Assembly (NCBI GenBank): GCA_964016885.1
Contig: OZ024761.1
Span: 27,094,001-27,158,000, forward strand
Origin: Eledone cirrhosa
Taxonomy: Eukaryota
Length of the DNA stretch: 64,000 nucleotides
Direction of reading: 5' to 3'
The position numbers and the translations under genes are program-made. Positions within the stretch are counted from its first letter, which is position 1; every line of letters starts with the position of its first letter. This document shows, one piece after another, positions 56,848-64,000 of the stretch. A model generated the notes under the pieces. It did no database searches. It saw only the letters and a list, made by a program, of their open reading frames with translations, and had not been told where the DNA came from.

Positions 56848-59800
56848 AACCACTTAGGGTTTACGGCATAAGTGAAAAAAAAAATATTTACTATTTCATT
56901 AGCTCTGGCAGGTATCGAAAACCTCATATATAGATTCATTTTAATTTCACCTACGTCAGAATCACGCATACATATTATTAATTTAAAAAAAAAAAAAAAA
57001 TCATTTTCAGCGACAAAATACATACATCGATAGGGTTTCAAATCTGAGAAATACCTCCACTCGAGATATGTGTGTGTGTGTGTGTGTGTGTATATTTTTA
57101 TTATTATTCTGAACTGTAGTTTTAATAAAAAAAATATATATTACACTATTTCCTGTGTCCTCGCAGATATTGCAACTACATCTCTCTAGATTAATTTAAA
57201 TACATTGCATTTGACTTACGTGAAATTAAGTATCATATAATTACTTTTTCAAATTTTGTTTTCATGTATCAACATAAAAATACATTAGTAAGGATTTCCA
57301 CCCCATAAATATGTGGTTGTTATAGACACTTAACTATTGTTATAGGGCTGTCGTATTTACAACCATGTGGGCAGCTAAACCTGACTGGGTCAATTCTCCC
57401 ATCCTGCTGGTCTAAAAACAGCGAATCTATTTTTCCAGAGAGATAAATTTATTATGTCTTTAAACGTTAATTTTGCATTTCACTTATGATTCCTTTTTCT
57501 TCTCTTTAGATTGAATAAACAATACCCTTTTCCGTCTACAATTATATTCAACGTAGCTCATATCAGGCTCACAGTAACGATTTTGCTATATCTCATTCAA
57601 GCTGGGAGGATAGTAACCAGAAAGTAAAGTGTTTAGCTCAACATTTATTCCGTAGTAAGTGTCATAAGAAAGGTTTGTAGGTCTAAAAAACTAACAAGTA
57701 GATTGCACATTTATCGCCAATTAAACAAAACTTTAAAATAATCCATACTAAAGCCACACACTTTTTTTTGTCTACGTCTCACCCGAAGAAAAAAAAACGC
57801 TCAAATTATTACGAGGAGTGTAAACGGATGGATAAAGCTAATAAACAATTAATTTATACATATGCATATATGTATTGTGTTTAAATATACTCCAACACAG
57901 ACGATGCCTACGAAAAACATAACATTACCGCTTATGAACAAATTTTGGCGTAATACTTACTAAATCTATTTTAGAATTTCCTTAATGAAGAAGCATATAC
58001 CTTGTTTAATATAATGGAATATATATATATATATATACATATTACTATTTCATAAGCTCTGGCAGGTATCGAAAACCTCATATATAGATTCATTTTAATT
58101 TCACTTACGTCAAAATCACACATACACAACATTAATCTTTTTATTTTTTTATTTTAATTTTTCAGCGACAAAATACATACATCGATAGGGTTTCAAATCT
58201 GAGAAATACCTCCACTAGAGATATGTATTGGTGTGTGTGTATATCTTTATTATTCTTTTGAACTGTAGTTTTAATTTAAAAAAATATATATTACACTATT
58301 TCCCGAGTCCTCGCAGATATTGCAACTACATCTCTCTAGATTCAATTAAATACATTGCATTTGACTTACGTTAAATTATGTATAAATTATATTTTCAAAT
58401 TTTGTTTCCAAATATGAAAATAAAAATACATTAGTAAGTATTTCCACCTCATAAATGTGTGGTTGTTATAGACACTTAACTATTGTTATAGGGTTGTCGT
58501 ATTTACAACCCTGTGGGCAGCTAAACCTGCCTGGGTCAATCCTTCCATCCTGCTGGTCGAAAAATAGCCAATTTATTTTTCCAGAGAGATACATTTATTA
58601 TGATTTTAAACGTTAATTTTGAATTTCACTTATGATCCCTTTTTCTTCTCTGTAGATTTAATAAACAAAACCATTTTCCGTCTACAATTATATTCAACGT
58701 AGCTCATATCAGTCTTCACAGTAAAGATTTTGCTACATCTAATTCAAGCTGGGAGGATAGTAACCACAAAGTAAAGTGTTCAGCTTCGAACTTATTCTGT
58801 AGTAAGTGTCATAGGAAAGGGTTGTAGGTCTAAAAACCTAACGAGTAGATTTCAAATTTATTGCCAATTAAACAAAACTTTAAAATAATCAATACTAATG
58901 CCACAATCTTTTTTTTTATCTACGTCTCACCCGAAGAAAAAAAACGCTCAAATTATTACGAGGAGTGTAAACAGATGGAGAAAGCTAATAAACAATTAAT
59001 TTATACATACGCATATATGTATTGTGTTTAAATATACTCCAACACAGACGGTGCCTACGAAAAACATAACATTACCGCTTGTGAACAAATTTTGGCGTAA
59101 TACTTACTAAATCTATTTTAGCATTTCCTTAATAAACAAGCACATACATTGTTTGATATAATGGAAAATATATATATATACATATTACTATTTCATAAGC
59201 TCTCGCAGGTATCAAACACCCCATATATAGAATCATTTTAATTTAACTTACGTCGAAAACATATACATAATTATTTTTTTATAATTTATCGATTGGGTTT
59301 CCAATCTCAGAAATATCTCCACTAGAGATGTGTGTGTTTCTCTTTATTATTCCTTTGAAATGATTTTTAGTCCTGGTAGATGTTGAAATCGCATTTATAG
59401 ATTCATTTAAATATATTTTATTTGACTTACGTGAATTTAAAAAATGATATAATTATTTTTAAAATGTTCCTTTCCAGTACAAAAATAAAAATACATTAGT
59501 ATGTATTTTAGTCACACAAATGCGTTGGTTTCATAGACACTTAACTATTGTTGTAGGGCTCCGTAATTAGCGTCATGTGGGCATTTATACTACCCGGCTG
59601 AGACAATCCCAGCCTCCTCGTATACAAATAGCCGATTAATTTTGCCAGAGAGAAAATTTTATGTCTTTAAACGTTACTTTTTCCTCTCTTTAGACTGAAT
59701 AAACCTAAACATTTTACGGCTACAATTCTATTCAACATTACGATATCTACTTCAATCTGTTATTGGTGTGGTGGAGGAGTAGAACATAAAATAAAATGTC

Positions 59801-61643
59801 TCGTTAATTATTTATCCGTAGAAAGTGTCAAAAGATGGCACACTGATATAAGATTTGGTGGTATAAGCAAACTAACAAATAGATTTCAAATTTATCGGCA
59901 GCTAAACAAAACTTTAAAATAGGCAATAATGAAGAAAAATTCTGACTTCCATATTAGCTTTTCAATTTAGTAGACCCTTAATTACTTTATTAATAATCAC
60001 AAAACAAGGCCACTTATTGACACGAGTCCAGACAAAATATTCATTTAACAAGAATTACTACAACGATGGTGCGAGAAGATCAAGGTTTCTAAATCAGAGA
60101 ACGTTTCTATAACAAACACAAGCGTATTAAAAGTAACAGGGATATTCATATTGCATAGAACAAGGAAATAACTTCTATCAAATAGATGTTCTAGTGGCTA
60201 AGAACTTAATAGTTCCAGTTGTAATTGTGTTACACATATTCAGTAAGTACTTGTTAATTGAAATTATACTTTAAGGTATACTAAACTCACAAACGTTTAT
60301 ATATATATATATATATATATATGCCTCAGCCAAATTAAAGAACGTAAACAGTATTACAAGTAGTGTAAACATGAATTAAAGAACATAAATGTACCACCAA
60401 GAAGGCTGTTTCAAGATATGCACTTCAAGAAGAAATACAACATGTGCTTACGTGTACGACATAATTATGGCTGGAGAGGACATTCACTGAACATGAAGAA
60501 TATACTAGAGATAGAAAACAACAGAAACGACCATCCTACCTGTAATAGATATTATGATATTAAATATATTTCTGATACTGTCATGTCTTTTCTTTGCAAC
60601 GTTAGAATCTCAAAGTGGAACAAATATTATATACTTTTGTTATATCATTATACTTTAGCTTTACTTATTATTTCTAACTCTTATTAGAAAGAATACAAAC
60701 TTAATAAAATCCTATATCTGTATAAATATGTGTGTTTGTATTAAAGTAAACAATAACAATATGCATGTCGACAACGAGTTGTAAAAACCAAGAAAGTCAA
60801 TCTACAGTTCTACACTTAATCAGACGGCAAAAAAACAACAAGAAGACGTTACCTCTTACAAACGAATGCCAAAATGATTACGTTTCGGAAATACCGGTGC
60901 AACTAATTCAGTTTACCCTTTTATAAACTCACTTCAGTCATTTCAAATGGTGTTCAGATTACCGGGAATAAGAAAAAAATAAACGGTTTGCCGAAGTTTC
61001 TAAATCTGCGAGAAATAGTAGCCAAATCTCTGTCTCCAATGTATAATAAACCGTGATATTCACTGAACATAACGAATCTACTGAAGAGAGAAAACAACAG
61101 GCACGCCCATCCTACCTGAAATATTATGTTATGATATTAAATATATTTCTTTTACTATCATGTTTTTTTCTTTAAAACGTTTGACTCAATAAAGTGTAGA
61201 AAACTACTATATACTCTTGTTATATCTTATTTTAGTTCTAACTTATCATTTCTATCTCTTTTCATTAGATAGAATACAAGCTTAATAATAAAATCCTATA
61301 TGTGTATAGATATAATGTGTGTTAAAGTATGATAAGCTATAGTTATACACTAACTCAGACGACATAAGAAATGTTACCTCTAACGAACGAATGCCAAACA
61401 GATTATGGCTCGGATATACCGGTGTAAATCTAAAAATGTTACCGGTGCAACAATTTCAGTTTGCCCTTTTATAGACACACTCCAGTCATTTCAAATCGTG
61501 ATCAGAGTACCGGGAATAAAAAAATAAACAAAACATTTCCCGAAGTTTCTAAATCTGCTAAAAATAACAGCCAAATCTCTCACTCTGTCTCCAATGTGTA
61601 ATAAACGGTGACATATATATATAGAGAGAGAAACAGATATGTT

Positions 61644-61694
<51 letters not shown>

Positions 61695-61700
61695 ATATTA
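56848..61700. repeat. Diverged partial ninth unit with three A modules
   Basis: The A-module head ttactatttcat(t/a)agctct(g/c)gcaggtatc occurs at ~56888, ~58042 and ~59185. The B modules follow at ~60480-61612 with many substitutions relative to units 1-8. Confidence 0.9.
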
Positions 61701-61776
61701 GTGTATATAAAAGTCTCCAATGTGTATTAAACCGTGACACATATATAGGTATACATAGAGAAGATATGTTGGTATG

Positions 61777-61811
<35 letters not shown>

Positions 61812-61925
61812 ATGTATGTATATATTGTATATATGTACATATGTATGTATATATTTATTGTAAGAACAAATTCAAATTTACACAAATATACATATATATG
61901 TACGTATATATATATTTATTCATAC
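61613..61925. repeat. Microsatellite-rich junction at the inversion breakpoint, with a short re-duplication of the B2 end at ~61713-61775
   Basis: gtctccaatgtgtattaaaccgtgac at 61713 repeats 61587-61612. Long TA/TG tracts. Confidence 0.8.
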
Positions 61926-62054
61926 AGCCATAGAGAACAACAGAAAGAGGTCGGACATGCTAGAGATAGGAGTCAAAGACCCCAAAACAAAATAAAATAA
62001 GGACTAACTAGTAATAACAAGTGTGTATATGAAAACTTCATACCCGCATTTTTT

Positions 62055-62345
62055 TTTAATCCAAAATTTGGATTTAAGTCAGAGACGAGTTATCGTTCGT
62101 GGCAAAAATTTCGTTTTTGTTTACATAAAATTTTCTTTTGTTTGAAAAGTTAGAGGAAGAAAAAGAAGAAGTTTTTCAATTTTCTCCACTTCCGGTTTTT
62201 TCTAGAGTATGCTAGAAAGAGCAGTCAAAACTATCTATATATTTCTTGACAACATATATTGTTTTAACGCTAAATTACTAATCACAATATATCGTATTTG
62301 CCGGTCTATTGGACGCCCCTTCGCATAAGGCGCTCCCTCTATTTT
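62055..62345. promoter_or_regulatory. Inverted copy of the candidate promoter cassette
   Basis: cacttccggt at ~62189, attgg and cgcccc at ~62308-62319. About 175 bp is identical to the reverse complement of the array cassette. Confidence 0.5.
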
Positions 62346-62749
62346 TATTATATTTTACGTTATATTTTGAGGTTTATAGGCCCTTTTTTGGACCACCTCC
62401 AATGTTCGCGGTTTTTCAATATACTCGGGTACTCTAGGACCATAACACACGCAAATACAGGGGAATAACTGTATATGAATATATGGATTAATATACATTT
62501 AATTACACGCATATTTATATACATACCAATATATATATATATTAATATATACATACATACACACACACACATATATATATACATATATTTATAGATACCA
62601 ACATATCAGTCTATGTATACCTATATATATATGAGTCACCGTTTATTACACATTGGAGACAGAGTGAGAGATTTGGCTGTTATCTTTAACAGCCATAACC
62701 TGTTTGGTATTCGTTGGTTAGAGGTAACATTTGTTATGTCGTTTGAGTT

Positions 62750-62836
62750 TGCCTTTCATCCTTACGGGGTCAATAAAATAAAGTACCAGTAATACACTGG
62801 GTATTTGCTGGCCTTGTGCCAAAGGCAGAAACAATG
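62750..62836 (+). mobile_element. SINE 3'/core fragment inserted only in the inverted arm
   Basis: gcctttcatccttacggggtcaataaaataaagtaccagt...tgctggccttgtgccaaa is absent from the homologous site (~61330-61355 and ~3330-3355). From memory it resembles the conserved core of an abundant octopus SINE. Confidence 0.65.
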
Positions 62837-63754
62837 ATTATACTTTCACACACATTATATCTATACACATATAGGATTTTATTATTACGTTTGTATTCTA
62901 TCTCATGAGAAGAGACAGTAATAAGTCAAGTTAAAACTAAAATATGATATAACAACAGTATATAATAGTTTTCTACACTTTATTGAGATTCCAAAGTTTT
63001 AAATAAAAAACATGATAGTAAAAAAAAATATATTTAATATCATAACATATAATATTTCAGGTAGGACGTTCGGTTATGTTGTCTTCTTTCTCTAGTAGTT
63101 TCGTCATGTTCAGTGAACGTCACGGTTTATTATACATTGGTCACAGTGAGAGATTTGGGTGCTATTTTCAGCAGATATAGAAACTTTGGCAAAAGGTTGA
63201 GTTTATAAAAGGGTAAACTGAATTAGTTGCACCTGTATTTCCGAAACATAATCACTTTGGCATTCGTTTGTAAGCGGTAACTTTATTTTTTGGCCGTATG
63301 AGTTAGTGTAGAACTGGAGATTGACTTGCTTGGCTTTTACAACTCGTTATCAACATGCATATTATTATTATTACAGACACATATTTTATTAAGTTTGTAT
63401 TCTTTCTAATAAGAGATAGAAATAATTAGTATAATGTTATAGCAATCATGTTTCTCCACTTTATTGAGATTCAAACGTTTTAAAGAAACAAAAACATGAT
63501 AGTATAAGAAATATATTTAATATCATAACATAATATTTCAGGTAGGATGGTCATTTCTGTGGTCTTCCCTCTCTAATAAATTCTTCATGTTCAGTGAATG
63601 ACATCACTAGCCATAATTATGTCGTAGACGTAGGCATAAGTTGTATTTCTTCTTGAAGTGCAAATCTTGAGGTAGCCTTCTTGGAGGTACATTTATTAGT
63701 TTTAATTCATGTTTACACTCCTTGTAATAATTCGTACGTTTTTAATTTAGGTTA

Positions 63755-63798
<44 letters not shown>

Positions 63799-64000
63799 TA
63801 TAAACGTTTGTGGCTTTAGTATACCTTTGAGTTTAATTTCAGTCGAAATATAATTACTGAATATATGTGTAACACAATTATAACTGGAGCTATCTATTGA
63901 GTTCTTAGCCACTAGAACATCTATTTGATAGAAGTTATTTCTAGTTCTATGCACTATGAATATCCCTTCTACTTTTAATACGCTTGTGTTTGTTAAGGAA

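Larger units (their letters stand above)
61930..64000 (-). repeat. Inverted diverged copy of unit positions ~4295 back to ~2125; runs off the window end
   Basis: 61930-62010 is the reverse complement of ~4215-4295. 62192-62198 is ttccggt, the reverse of the ETS site. 63961-63995 is the reverse complement of ~2127-2162. Confidence 0.95.

Noticed and set aside
58460-58900. Ig-like (DPGRFSC) and galectin-like (LNIIVDGKWFC) snippets in minus frames of module A
   Set aside because: Different frames give mutually incompatible resemblances amid many stops. This is over-fitting without a profile search.
1-64000. CRISPR array, prokaryotic operon, or tandem LTR/LINE/DNA transposon
   Set aside because: No short repeat-spacer pattern, no gene-dense coding, and no RT, integrase or transposase ORF. 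Composition is eukaryotic non-coding.

Overview
Very AT-rich, microsatellite-laden eukaryotic DNA, probably animal. A SINE-like fragment at ~62750-62836 suggests octopus/cephalopod, from memory only. No credible full-length protein gene, rRNA, intact tRNA, CRISPR or transposase is visible. Bases 1-56847 are eight nearly identical head-to-tail copies of a ~7.1-kb unit (starts 1, 7129, 14230, 21333, 28442, 35551, 42663, 49760). A more diverged ninth copy follows from 56848 and carries an extra ~1.1-kb module. From ~61930 the sequence runs as an inverted copy, so the array ends in a palindrome around a flipped promoter-like cassette. Each unit is itself built from older duplications: two A modules, two B modules, and two inverted B relics on the far side of a GC-box/CCAAT/HSE-like/ETS cassette. 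Splice-like signals point away from that cassette on both strands. The best reading, which is inference, is an amplified, concertedly evolving head-to-head transcription unit whose coding potential has decayed or which is non-coding. Almost all listed ORFs recur only because the DNA is repeated, or are microsatellite artefacts.
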